A stretch of DNA of 32,000 bases from Pseudomonas aeruginosa (GTDB lineage Bacteria; Pseudomonadota; Gammaproteobacteria; Pseudomonadales; Pseudomonadaceae). The notes under the pieces were generated by a model. That model worked only from the letters and a program-made list of their open reading frames with translations. It was not told where the DNA came from and searched no databases. The position numbers and the translations under genes are program-made. Below, piece after piece: positions 10,029 to 18,829 of the stretch. Location: NCBI RefSeq assembly GCF_001457615.1, contig NZ_LN831024.1, positions 870,001 to 902,000 on the forward strand, written 5' to 3'. The stretch's first letter is position 1, and each line of letters opens with the position of its first letter.

Positions 10029-10688
10029 TCATTCCGCGACGATGCTGTTGGCGAGGCGGCCGAGGCCGTCGATCTCGACCTCGACGCGGTCGCCGGGATG
10101 CACGTCGACGCGCCCTTCGGGGGTGCCGGTGATCAGCACGTCGCCGGCGTGCAGGGTCATGAACTCGCTGATCTCGGCGATCAGCCGCGGGATGTCGCGC
10201 ACCAGGTTGGCGGTGTTGTTGCGCTGGCGCAGTTCGCCGTTGACGTACAGCTTCAGCTCCAGCGCATGGGGATCGACGATCTCTTGCGCCGGCACCAGTT
10301 GTGGACCGAGCGGGCAGAAGCCGTCGCGGCACTTGGCTTTCACCGCCGGGCGGTAGTAGCTGTCTTCCGGCAGGCTGAACTCGTTGACGATCACGTAGCC
10401 GGCGACATGCGCCATGGCCTCTTCCTCATTCACCCGGCTTGCGTCGCGAGCGATCACCACGCCCAGCGCCGGGCCCGGTTGCAGGCGCTCGACGCCGCGC
10501 GGGAAGAGCACCGGGGCGTCGTGCTCGTTGCGGGTATTCGGTGTCTTGATGAACAACACCGGCTTCACTGGCGGCTTCTGGTAGGGCGGCTGCTGGAACT
10601 CCGGCAGGCGGCTGTCGAGCAGGCCCTTGTAGTTCAGCGCGACGCCGAACAGGGTGCCGGCGGCGACGTCATTCAGTGCGCGGCTCAT
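10029..10688 (-). CDS. hpaG1: Fumarylacetoacetate-hydrolase-family enzyme, homologous to the HpaG N-terminal domain
   Basis: 219 aa. A paralogous FAH fold: GDVLITGTPEGRVDVHPGDRVEVEIDGLGRLANSIV. AGGAGA lies 10 nt upstream of the ATG. First gene of the operon, divergent from hpaA. Confidence 0.9.
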   Translation of the reverse strand: MSRALNDVAAGTLFGVALNYKGLLDSRLPEFQQPPYQKPPVKPVLFIKTPNTRNEHDAPVLFPRGVERLQPGPALGVVIARDASRVNEEEAMAHVAGYVIVNEFSLPEDSYYRPAVKAKCRDGFCPLGPQLVPAQEIVDPHALELKLYVNGELRQRNNTANLVRDIPRLIAEISEFMTLHAGDVLITGTPEGRVDVHPGDRVEVEIDGLGRLANSIVAE

Positions 10689-10748
10689 TGTGGTGGTGTC
10701 TCCTGGCGCGATAAGCGAACGGCGAGGGGGCCGTCCTGGCGAAAACTC

Positions 10749-10783
10749 GTTAATGTGTTAACGTTATATTTAACATGTTAATG
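10749..10783. promoter_or_regulatory. AT-rich TTAA-palindrome block in the hpaG1 / hpaA divergent promoter (candidate operator/promoter core)
   Basis: GTTAATGTGTTAACGTTATATTTAACATGTTAATG contains a perfect 12-bp palindrome TTAACATGTTAA (10770-10781). It also has the GTTAAC palindrome (10757-10762) and the direct repeat GTTAATG at 10749 and 10777. This is the only strongly AT-rich block in a 219-bp intergenic region. Confidence 0.4.
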
Positions 10784-10907
10784 ATCGTCAACCCCGGTTG
10801 CTGCGCCATTCGTCCCGGGGAGGTGGCAAGAGGCGCCGTCTGCGGTATACGGATGCCCGCGACGGCTTGCGTGCGCAGCCGGGAAGAACAACAAAGAGAA
10901 GATCGCC

Positions 10908-11819
10908 ATGCCAGAGCGCCAGCCGATCCCCAACATCAACATTGGGCAGGTCTACGACCAGCGCTATGCCGACGCCGAGGTGCACTACGATGCGCTGGGC
11001 AACCTGGCCGGATTCTTCGGCCGTAACATGCCGGCGCACCGGCACGACCGTTTCTTCCAGGTGCACTACGTGAAGAACGGCGCGGTGCGGGTCTATCTCG
11101 ACGAGCGCCAGTACCTTGAGTCGGGGCCGATGTTCTTCCTCACCCCGCCGACCGTGCCGCACGCCTTCGTCACCGAGGCGGACGCCGATGGCCATGTGCT
11201 GACCGTGCGCCAGCAACTGGTGTGGAGCCTCACCGAGGCCGAGCCGGGCCTGGCGCCCGGCCCGCAGGTGGCGCCGGCCTGCGTGGCGCTGGGCAACCTG
11301 GAGGGCGGCGCGGCCGAGGAGGCGGCGCGCCTGGCGCTGCTCTTCGAGCAGTTGCGCAGCGAGTCGATGGCCAGCCGTCCCGGCCGCCAGCAGACGCTGC
11401 TGGCGCTGACCCGCCTGGTCATGATCAGCCTGCTGCGTCTCTCGGCCAATTCGGTGGCTGCGCGGCCGATGCGCCACGAAGACCTGCAGATCTTCCAGCG
11501 CTTCAACGCGCTGATCGAGGAGCGCTATGCCGAGCACTGGCCGCTGTCGCTCTACGCCAGCCGCATCGGCGTCACCGAGGCGCGCCTCAACGACGTCTGC
11601 CGGCGCATCGCCGACCTGCCGTCGAAGCGCCTGGTGTACGAACGGCTTATGCAGGAGTCCAAGCGCCTGCTGCTGTTCACCGGCGGCTCGGTGAACGAGA
11701 TCTGCTACCAGCTCGGCTTCAAGGACCCGGCCTACTTCAGTCGTTTCTTCGTGCGTTACGCGGGGCTCACCCCCAGCGCTTACCGCCAGCGACAGGCCGA
11801 CGGGGAGTCCCGTCGCTGA
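10908..11819 (+). CDS. hpaA: AraC/XylS-family activator of 4-hydroxyphenylacetate catabolism
   Basis: 303 aa. N-terminal cupin-like effector domain (NMPAHRHDRFFQVHYV) and a C-terminal double HTH (EICYQLGFKDPAYFSRFFVRYAGLTPSAYR). Divergent from the hpa operon. Confidence 0.9.
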   Translation: MPERQPIPNINIGQVYDQRYADAEVHYDALGNLAGFFGRNMPAHRHDRFFQVHYVKNGAVRVYLDERQYLESGPMFFLTPPTVPHAFVTEADADGHVLTVRQQLVWSLTEAEPGLAPGPQVAPACVALGNLEGGAAEEAARLALLFEQLRSESMASRPGRQQTLLALTRLVMISLLRLSANSVAARPMRHEDLQIFQRFNALIEERYAEHWPLSLYASRIGVTEARLNDVCRRIADLPSKRLVYERLMQESKRLLLFTGGSVNEICYQLGFKDPAYFSRFFVRYAGLTPSAYRQRQADGESRR

Positions 11820-12674
<855 letters not shown>

Positions 12675-12797
12675 AGTAGGGCCGGTTCGGGTCCGGACTG
12701 GATTCGGCCTGCCGTTGCACGAAAACGAGGTACAACGGCATCGGCCACTATCGCCAACGCCACCGCGCGCCCTCGCTCGTTCCGCGGAGTCGCCGGT

Positions 12798-13367
12798 TCA
12801 GTTCAGCCGGTACTGCGCCAGTTCCTTCGCCGAAAGCACGCGCATCCGTTTGGGATCGGTGCTTTGCATGGCCTGTACCAAGGTGCTGGGGATATCCATT
12901 TCGCGGAAGTAGGCGGCGGAGTCGTAGCGCATGCCGTTGGCCGAGCGCGAGTGCAGCGAGTCGCCGTGGGCGTAGTAGGGACGGTGCAGGCCGACGTAGC
13001 CGCGTACGGTCTTGCGCTTGCCGGCCGCCAGCAGGTAGACGCAGGTGCCCTGGCAGACGCTGCTCGACGGCACCAGCGCGTCGAAGCCGGATTCGCGCAG
13101 CAGGCGGCCCATGCGGATCGCCTCCGGCACGCTGCCGCCGATGCTGTTCAGCAGGAGCAGCTTGCGCGAGTAGGTTCCCGGATTGTTGCGCAAACCCTTG
13201 AGCAGCGTTTCGTAGTCGCCCGGCGCGATCTCCTCCGAGACGCGGACCGTCAGCACCCGCCCCATGCTCTTGTGTTGCAGCGAATGCACTTCGACCCTGG
13301 CCAGTGCGGGAGTCGCGCAGAACACGGCGAGGCAGGCGAGGACGGTCCGGAGGCGGAGGCGGGGCAT
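12798..13367 (-). CDS. Secreted/periplasmic hypothetical protein (PA4118-like)
   Basis: Internal start MPRLRLRTVLACLAVFCATPALA-RVEV (signal-peptide-like, AxA site) within the over-long ORF 12798..14156, giving 189 aa. High GC3. The segment LLLLNSIGGSVPEAIRMGRLLRESGF is loosely reminiscent of ClpP/NfeD-like periplasmic proteins; I cannot verify the fold. Confidence 0.7.
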   Translation of the reverse strand: MPRLRLRTVLACLAVFCATPALARVEVHSLQHKSMGRVLTVRVSEEIAPGDYETLLKGLRNNPGTYSRKLLLLNSIGGSVPEAIRMGRLLRESGFDALVPSSSVCQGTCVYLLAAGKRKTVRGYVGLHRPYYAHGDSLHSRSANGMRYDSAAYFREMDIPSTLVQAMQSTDPKRMRVLSAKELAQYRLN

Positions 13368-13444
13368 GGAACGGGGCGATCCTGTCAGACGGCGATGGCT
13401 GCCGAAGATACCTGCAAGCGTTGCATTGTGCACGGTCCTCGTCG

Positions 13445-15631
13445 TCAGGACGAGGAGCCGGTCTCCGCCTGGCGCACCGGCAGGCGCAGGCAGAAGGTGA
13501 TGACGTCGTCGCGGCAGTCCACGTCGATACGCCCCTGGTGGGCCTGGGCGATGGCCTGGGAGATGTACAGGCCGATACCGAGGCCGTTGCGGTTGCGCTG
13601 GTTGTCCGCCGACTCGCGCTTGAACGGTTCGAACAGGTTGGCCAGCTGCGCTTCGGAGAGGCCGCTGGTTTCGTTGAGCACGCTCAGGCACACCTCGTCG
13701 CCCTGGCGGGTCAGGGTTACCAGCACCGGCCGGCCGGGCAGGCCGTGATGACGGGCGTTGCTCAGCAGGTTGGCGGCGACCTGGGCGTAGCGGTCCGGGT
13801 CGACCACGGCACGAACCTGCGGGTCGATGGCGATCTCGATCACCAGGCCGGGATAGGCGACGTCGGTTTCGCAGACGATCTGCTGCACCAGTTGCGAGAC
13901 GTCGGTGTCGACCGGGTTCACGGTGAGGCCGATGCCCGATTGCAGGCGGCTCATGTCGAGGATCTGGCTGACCAGCCGTTCCATGCGGCTGCTGGACGCG
14001 GAAATGTGTTGGCGCAGTTCGGTGGTGCGGGTGTCGCTGGAGGACAGCAGGGCCGCCGCCATGGAGATCGACTGCAACGGGTTGCGCAGGTCGTGGCCGA
14101 GCACCGCGATCAGGCGCTGGCGCATGCGGTCGACCTCGGCCGCATGGTTGAGGCACAGTTCCATCAGGTCCAGGCGCAGCTTTTCGGCGATCGCCAGGTC
14201 GGTTTCGCTCCAGGGCGTGGAGTGGCCGCGGACCACTTCCTCCCAGGCCTCGAACGAGCCGCGCGGGGTCAGCCGCGGGCCGGAGGGGCCGATGGTCAAC
14301 AGCTTTTCCGGCTTGCCGCCCCAGCGGATGCGGTGCACTTCCTCGTGGCGGAACCAGAAGATCCAGCCCGATTCCTGGCGGTGGAAACGGATCGCCAGCA
14401 CACCGCAGCAGTCGCCGCCGTCCGGAGAGTCCTCGCTGGGCTGCGGCCAGTTGTCGGTGTGGTAGATGTCCCGTTCCGGGTCGCGCTGCAGGCGTTGCAG
14501 GACATTCCCGGCCTGGCGCTCGAAGTCGCCGCGGATGCTCAAGGTGCGGCCGCCGAGCATGACCAGGGCGCCGTCGCAGGGAATCAGTGCGGCGATGCCA
14601 TCGTCCGGGTGGGCCAGTGCGCCGAACAGGTCGTCGGCGTCCCGCGCGCGGCGAGCCAGGGCCAGCCTGCGCTCGGTGGACACGCGCAGCAGTTCGGCGA
14701 TACGCCCCTGCTCCAGGCGCTCGACGATGGCGCTGCAGACCTGGGAGAAGATCTGGAACGACATGCGCACCGGGTAGGGAATCAGTTTGGGCGACATGTG
14801 ATGGCAGGAGAACAGTCCCCAGAGCTTGCCGCCGACCACGATGGAGATGCTCATCGAGGCGCGCACGCCCATGTTGGTCAGGTATTCGCAGTGGATCGGC
14901 GAAACGCTGCGCAGCACGCTGTAGCTGAGATCGAACGATTCGTTGGTCTCCGGGTTCAGCGCGGGAAACACGCGCATCGGCGTATAGGCCACGTCGGCGA
15001 TCAGCCTGATCGGGTTCTGGATGTACAGGCGACGCGCCTGGGCCGGGATGTCCGAGGCCGGGTAGCGTTGTCCCAGGTAGCTTTCGAGGTCTTCGCGACG
15101 GCTCTCGGCGACCACCTCGCCGGAGTCGTCATGACGGAAACGGTAGGCCATCACCCGGTCGTAGCCGGTCATCCGGCGCAGTTCGTCGGTGACGTTGCTG
15201 AGCAGGCTGGCGGTGTCGTTGTGCAACTGGACCTGGGCGATGATGCGCTGGGCGTTGAGGGTGAAGGAGGTGATCGACAGCGTGTCCGCGGTGCGGATCT
15301 CGAACTCCAGGTAGAACACTTCCTTGTAGCTGTGGCCGATCACGTCGAACAGGTGTTCGCCGATCCGCGTCTCGACGCTGTTCGACCATGGGCCGTTGCC
15401 GGTCAGTCCCTCTTCGAGCATGCGCAGGACCTCCGGCCCCACCTGCTCCGGCGTCAGGTAGGAACCCGGCGAGGCGACGAAACCCAGTAGCGCCTGGATG
15501 TTCTCGCTTGCCGCGAGGACCATGCCGTCCGCGCGCAGGGCGATCAGCGCCCCGTGCGGCTGGATCGCGCCAGGCACGTGGATGGGTTCGTCCTCGCAGT
15601 TCGCCAGGGTAACCGGGGTGATGCTCGTCAT
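13445..15631 (-). CDS. bphP: Bacteriophytochrome histidine kinase (PAS-GAF-PHY-HisKA-HATPase)
   Basis: 728 aa. N-terminal biliverdin-attachment Cys in TLANCEDEPIHVPGAIQPHG. GAF/PHY core, H-box LGHDLRNPL and the ATPase G-box GLGIGLYISQAIAQAHQG are present. It starts 27 nt downstream of bphO. Confidence 0.97.
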   Translation of the reverse strand: MTSITPVTLANCEDEPIHVPGAIQPHGALIALRADGMVLAASENIQALLGFVASPGSYLTPEQVGPEVLRMLEEGLTGNGPWSNSVETRIGEHLFDVIGHSYKEVFYLEFEIRTADTLSITSFTLNAQRIIAQVQLHNDTASLLSNVTDELRRMTGYDRVMAYRFRHDDSGEVVAESRREDLESYLGQRYPASDIPAQARRLYIQNPIRLIADVAYTPMRVFPALNPETNESFDLSYSVLRSVSPIHCEYLTNMGVRASMSISIVVGGKLWGLFSCHHMSPKLIPYPVRMSFQIFSQVCSAIVERLEQGRIAELLRVSTERRLALARRARDADDLFGALAHPDDGIAALIPCDGALVMLGGRTLSIRGDFERQAGNVLQRLQRDPERDIYHTDNWPQPSEDSPDGGDCCGVLAIRFHRQESGWIFWFRHEEVHRIRWGGKPEKLLTIGPSGPRLTPRGSFEAWEEVVRGHSTPWSETDLAIAEKLRLDLMELCLNHAAEVDRMRQRLIAVLGHDLRNPLQSISMAAALLSSSDTRTTELRQHISASSSRMERLVSQILDMSRLQSGIGLTVNPVDTDVSQLVQQIVCETDVAYPGLVIEIAIDPQVRAVVDPDRYAQVAANLLSNARHHGLPGRPVLVTLTRQGDEVCLSVLNETSGLSEAQLANLFEPFKRESADNQRNRNGLGIGLYISQAIAQAHQGRIDVDCRDDVITFCLRLPVRQAETGSSS

Positions 15632-15658
15632 CTATCGTCCAGCCTGGTCTCCAGGCAG

Positions 15659-16246
15659 TCAGGCTTCGTCGAGAACCCATCGACGAAACGAAAGGAATGT
15701 AGCCTGTGCCGCATCCTGCGCAAGGCCGATGGCTTCGGGGCTGTCGATCTGCCGGGCGAGCTGTTCGAGAAACTCCTGCCAGCGCACCCCGGTTGCCTGG
15801 CCGTAGCCCCGCAACCACTGTAGCGGCAGACCGGGCAGGCGTGGAGCTAGTCGTTTGTAGAGATACGCGCCGCCCAGCGTCGCGCCTTCCATCACGTAGG
15901 CCACCCCGAAGACCTCCGCGGCCCGTGTCGCATTCGGCAGGTCGGCGCAGCGCGGTAGCGCCTCCACCTGCGCGCGGCTCATGCCGCCGGCCAGCAGGTC
16001 GCTTTCCAGCCAGGCGCTCTTGACCAGCCGCGCGTCGGCCCGCAGCGCCGCCGGCCAGCCGCTGCGGTTGTCGCGCAGCGCGCGCTCCAGAGGCTCCAGC
16101 CAGCCAAGGATACGTCCGGCATGGTCGAGGTAGGCGCGGTCGTCGAGATCGTCGTCGCCCAACGGCGAACGGCGGTCCAGTTCTGCGTGCAGGTCACGGG
16201 TGGCGTCGCGGAGTGCGGCGAGGGCTGGCGATGGAGATGGGGACAT
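15659..16246 (-). CDS. bphO: Heme oxygenase supplying biliverdin to BphP
   Basis: Heme-oxygenase family sequence (FGVAYVMEGATLGGAYL). The start is taken at MSPSPSPALAALRDATRDLH (195 aa). An in-frame ATG at 16273 would add 9 aa. Neither start has a good SD, so the start is uncertain. Confidence 0.88.
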   Translation of the reverse strand: MSPSPSPALAALRDATRDLHAELDRRSPLGDDDLDDRAYLDHAGRILGWLEPLERALRDNRSGWPAALRADARLVKSAWLESDLLAGGMSRAQVEALPRCADLPNATRAAEVFGVAYVMEGATLGGAYLYKRLAPRLPGLPLQWLRGYGQATGVRWQEFLEQLARQIDSPEAIGLAQDAAQATFLSFRRWVLDEA

Positions 16247-16321
16247 GAGGTCAGGGCCAGCGATTCGAGGCATGAACGGAAAAGAGTAGCAGGAAGCCGT
16301 ACGCCCGGCTCGGAATAAATG

Positions 16322-16350
16322 GGCATCCCCGCGCGCGGCGCAGGGATGCC
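16322..16350 (-). terminator. Candidate rho-independent terminator after the PpnN-like gene
   Basis: GGCATCCCCGCG / CGCAGGGATGCC form a 12-bp stem (one mismatch) with a 5-nt loop, 14 nt after the stop at 16364. On the minus strand it is followed by CATTTATTCC. Confidence 0.45.
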
Positions 16351-16363
16351 GGAGCGGGCGCGC

Positions 16364-17749
16364 TCAGGCCGCCTCGGTCTGCACCACCCGGTAGCAGGGG
16401 ACGTAGGCCGCGCCGCCGGGCAGCTTCATCCGGTGCTGCTTGACGAAGGCCTGCAGCAGGCGGTCCAGCGGCAGCATCACCGCCGGGTCGCCGTGGATCT
16501 CGTAGGGCCCGTATTGCTCGATCATGCGGATGCCGTTGTCCTTGACGTTGCCGGCGACGATCCCGGAAAACGCGCGGCGCAGGTTGGCCGCCAGTTCGTG
16601 GGGCGGCAGGCTCCGGCTGAGCTGGAGGCTGGCCATGTTCTCGTGGGTCGGCTCGAACGGGCGCTGGAAGCTTTCATCGATCTTCAGCATCCAGTTGAAG
16701 TGGAAGGCGTCGTTGCGCTCGCGGCGGAACTGCTTCACTTCCTTCAGGCCCTGGGCCATCTGCTTGGCCACCTCGGCCGGGTCGTCGATGACGATCCGGT
16801 AGTGGCGCTGCGCCGCATGGCCGAGGGTCGCCCCGACGAATTCATGGAGCTGCTGCAGGTAGGCTTCGGCGCTGCGGGGACCGGTGAGGATGACCGGGAA
16901 GGGCAGGTCCTGGTTGTCCGGGTGCATGAGGATGCCCAGCAGGTAGAGGAACTCCTCCGCGGTCCCGGCGCCGCCGGGGAAGATGATGACCCCGTGGCCG
17001 ACGCGGACGAAGGCTTCCAGGCGCTTCTCGATGTCCGGCAGGATCACCAGTTCGTTGACGATCGGGTTCGGCGCCTCGGCGGCGATGATCCCCGGCTCGG
17101 TCAGGCCCAGGTAGCGGCCGCCGACGATGCGCTGCTTGGCGTGGCTGATGGTGGCGCCCTTCATCGGCCCCTTCATCACCCCCGGTCCGCAGCCGGTGCA
17201 GACATCCAGGCTGCGCAGGCCGAGTTCGTGGCCGACCCTCTTGGTGTACTTGTATTCCTCGCTGCTGATCGAGTGGCCGCCCCAGCACACGACGATCTTC
17301 GGCTCGACGCCGGGGCGCAGCGTACGGGCGTTGCGCAGCAGCTGGAAGACGTAGTCGGTGAGGCCCTGGGAGCTGTCCAGGTCGACGTGCTGGCTGTCCA
17401 GCCCGCTCTGGGTGTAGACGATGTCGCGCAGGGCGCTGAACAGCATCTCGCGGGTGCTGGCGATCATCTCGCCATCGACGAAGGCGTCGGCCGGCGCGTT
17501 GATCAGCTCCAGGCGCACGCCTCGGTCCTGCTGGTGGATACGCACCTCGAAGTCCTTGTAGGCGTCGAGGATGGTCTTGGCGTTGTCGCTGTGGGCGCCG
17601 GTATTGAGGATCGCCAGGGCGCACTGGCGGAACAGTTGGTAGGTCTTGCCGTTGGCGGTTTCGCTCAGTTGTTGCACTTCGCGTTGGGAGAGGGTTTCCA
17701 GCGTGCCTTTCGGACTGACCGAGGCGTTGATCACAGGGCGATGAGACAT
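16364..17749 (-). CDS. ppnN: LOG-family nucleotide 5'-monophosphate nucleosidase (PpnN/YgdH-like; formerly annotated as lysine-decarboxylase-like)
   Basis: Start at MSHRPVINASVSPKGTLETLSQREVQQLSE... (461 aa), chosen over the longer 502-aa ORF. The N-terminus and ELINAPADAFVDG align by eye with E. coli PpnN. The LOG motif PGGAGTAEE and GCGPGVMKGP are present. Confidence 0.88.
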   Translation of the reverse strand: MSHRPVINASVSPKGTLETLSQREVQQLSETANGKTYQLFRQCALAILNTGAHSDNAKTILDAYKDFEVRIHQQDRGVRLELINAPADAFVDGEMIASTREMLFSALRDIVYTQSGLDSQHVDLDSSQGLTDYVFQLLRNARTLRPGVEPKIVVCWGGHSISSEEYKYTKRVGHELGLRSLDVCTGCGPGVMKGPMKGATISHAKQRIVGGRYLGLTEPGIIAAEAPNPIVNELVILPDIEKRLEAFVRVGHGVIIFPGGAGTAEEFLYLLGILMHPDNQDLPFPVILTGPRSAEAYLQQLHEFVGATLGHAAQRHYRIVIDDPAEVAKQMAQGLKEVKQFRRERNDAFHFNWMLKIDESFQRPFEPTHENMASLQLSRSLPPHELAANLRRAFSGIVAGNVKDNGIRMIEQYGPYEIHGDPAVMLPLDRLLQAFVKQHRMKLPGGAAYVPCYRVVQTEAA

Positions 17750-18168
17750 GTGCGATTCCATGCAGGGGACGCGGCGGCGTAGAAGAACCGCCGCATCCGG
17801 ATAAGGGAGCGCCGGGCAGGTTGCGTGCCGGGGGAGAGGGCGATCAGCCGTCGGAGTGGGGCGACGAGGCAACCGTGCGCTGGGGCTTGGCTCCAGGGTC
17901 TTGGTTAAATGTAATAGCGAGAACCTGACTGATCTGACAAGGAAAATCTCGAATTTATCTGTCGCCGGCCTGGCACCGGGGAAATCCTGCCACTAGCCAT
18001 GGGCGAAAAAATCCGGCATCGGCTGGGATAATCGACTCTTCTCCTGATATCGTTGCGTTTCCGCCGGATGCTCGGCCAGTCGAAGGGAGGAACGAAGCAT
18101 GTCGTATGAACAGTCCAGCAGCGTACCTAGCGACTTTCTTTCCTCCTTTTTCCAAGAGCCTGTCATCC

Positions 18169-18678
18169 ATGATCGAACTCAGAACCATCACCCGCGACGA
18201 CTGGGAAACCTGCATTGACCTGAAGGTCGCCCGCCACCAGGCGCACTTCGTCGCTTCCAACCTCTATTCGCTGGCCCAGAGCCGCTTCCTGCCGGGGTTC
18301 CGCGCGGTCGGCATCCACCACGGCGGGCGCATGGTCGGCTTCGCCCTCTACGGCCCCGACGCCGACGACGGCCACTACTTGCTCTACCGCCTGATGATCG
18401 ACCGCCGCTACCAGGGCAAGGGGCATGGCCGCGCCGCCCTGCAACGGATCATCGCCAGCGTGCGCCGGACGAGGCGGCGCAGCGATCGCCTGATGGTCGC
18501 CTACGCCGTCGACAACGATGTGGCCCGCCAGCTTTATCGGGATGCCGGCTTCGTCGAACAGGGCCTCGCGCCCTGGGGCGAGACGATGGCCTGCCTGATG
18601 CTGCCGGAGCCGTCCCATCGCTCCGGGAAGGTCGCCGGAGCGCCGGGCGGGCGTGCAGCGCACGGCGTCCCGGCGTAG
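18169..18678 (+). CDS. GNAT-family N-acetyltransferase (diamine/spermidine acetyltransferase-like, PA4114-like)
   Basis: Start taken at MIELRTITRDDWETCIDL, a typical GNAT N-terminus. The acetyl-CoA motif RLMIDRRYQGKGHGRAAL is present. The in-frame ATG at 18106 would add 21 low-complexity residues; see the upstream-ORF finding. Confidence 0.85.
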   Translation: MIELRTITRDDWETCIDLKVARHQAHFVASNLYSLAQSRFLPGFRAVGIHHGGRMVGFALYGPDADDGHYLLYRLMIDRRYQGKGHGRAALQRIIASVRRTRRRSDRLMVAYAVDNDVARQLYRDAGFVEQGLAPWGETMACLMLPEPSHRSGKVAGAPGGRAAHGVPA

Positions 18679-18737
18679 AATCGCGGGATTCGGCAGTTCC
18701 CTCCAATACCTATAACGACCATCCAACGCACATCGCC

Positions 18738-18768
18738 GCCCCGGACCCTTGCGTCCGGGGCGTTTTCC
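18738..18768 (+). terminator. Rho-independent terminator after the GNAT gene
   Basis: Perfect 9-bp stem GCCCCGGAC / GTCCGGGGC with a 6-nt loop, followed by GTTTTCC. Confidence 0.6.
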
Positions 18769-18829
18769 GTCGCGTGGCGAGGGTCGCGGGACCTGCCCGT
18801 CCGCCCCCTGCTCCGGAACCGAACGCCCC

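Noticed and set aside
12710-12740. Hairpin TGCCGTTG-N15-CAACGGCA after aph, considered as a terminator feature
   Set aside because: An 8-bp stem with a large loop and no U-tract. It is mentioned in a finding but is too weak to list as a feature.
13304-15490. A 728-aa plus-strand ORF overlapping bphP, plus similar long shadow ORFs (3129..4514, 3485..5056, 7725..9437, 10788..11876, 16319..17782, 27745..29133, 29786..30832)
   Set aside because: All lie antisense or out of frame to genes with clear family motifs. They have Arg/Ala/Gly/Pro-dominated translations without domains. They are treated as high-GC artefacts.
17955-18260. A 101-aa minus-strand ORF in the PpnN-like / GNAT intergenic region
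   Set aside because: It crosses the GNAT start in antisense. It has no ribosome-binding site, low coding bias and no recognisable motif.
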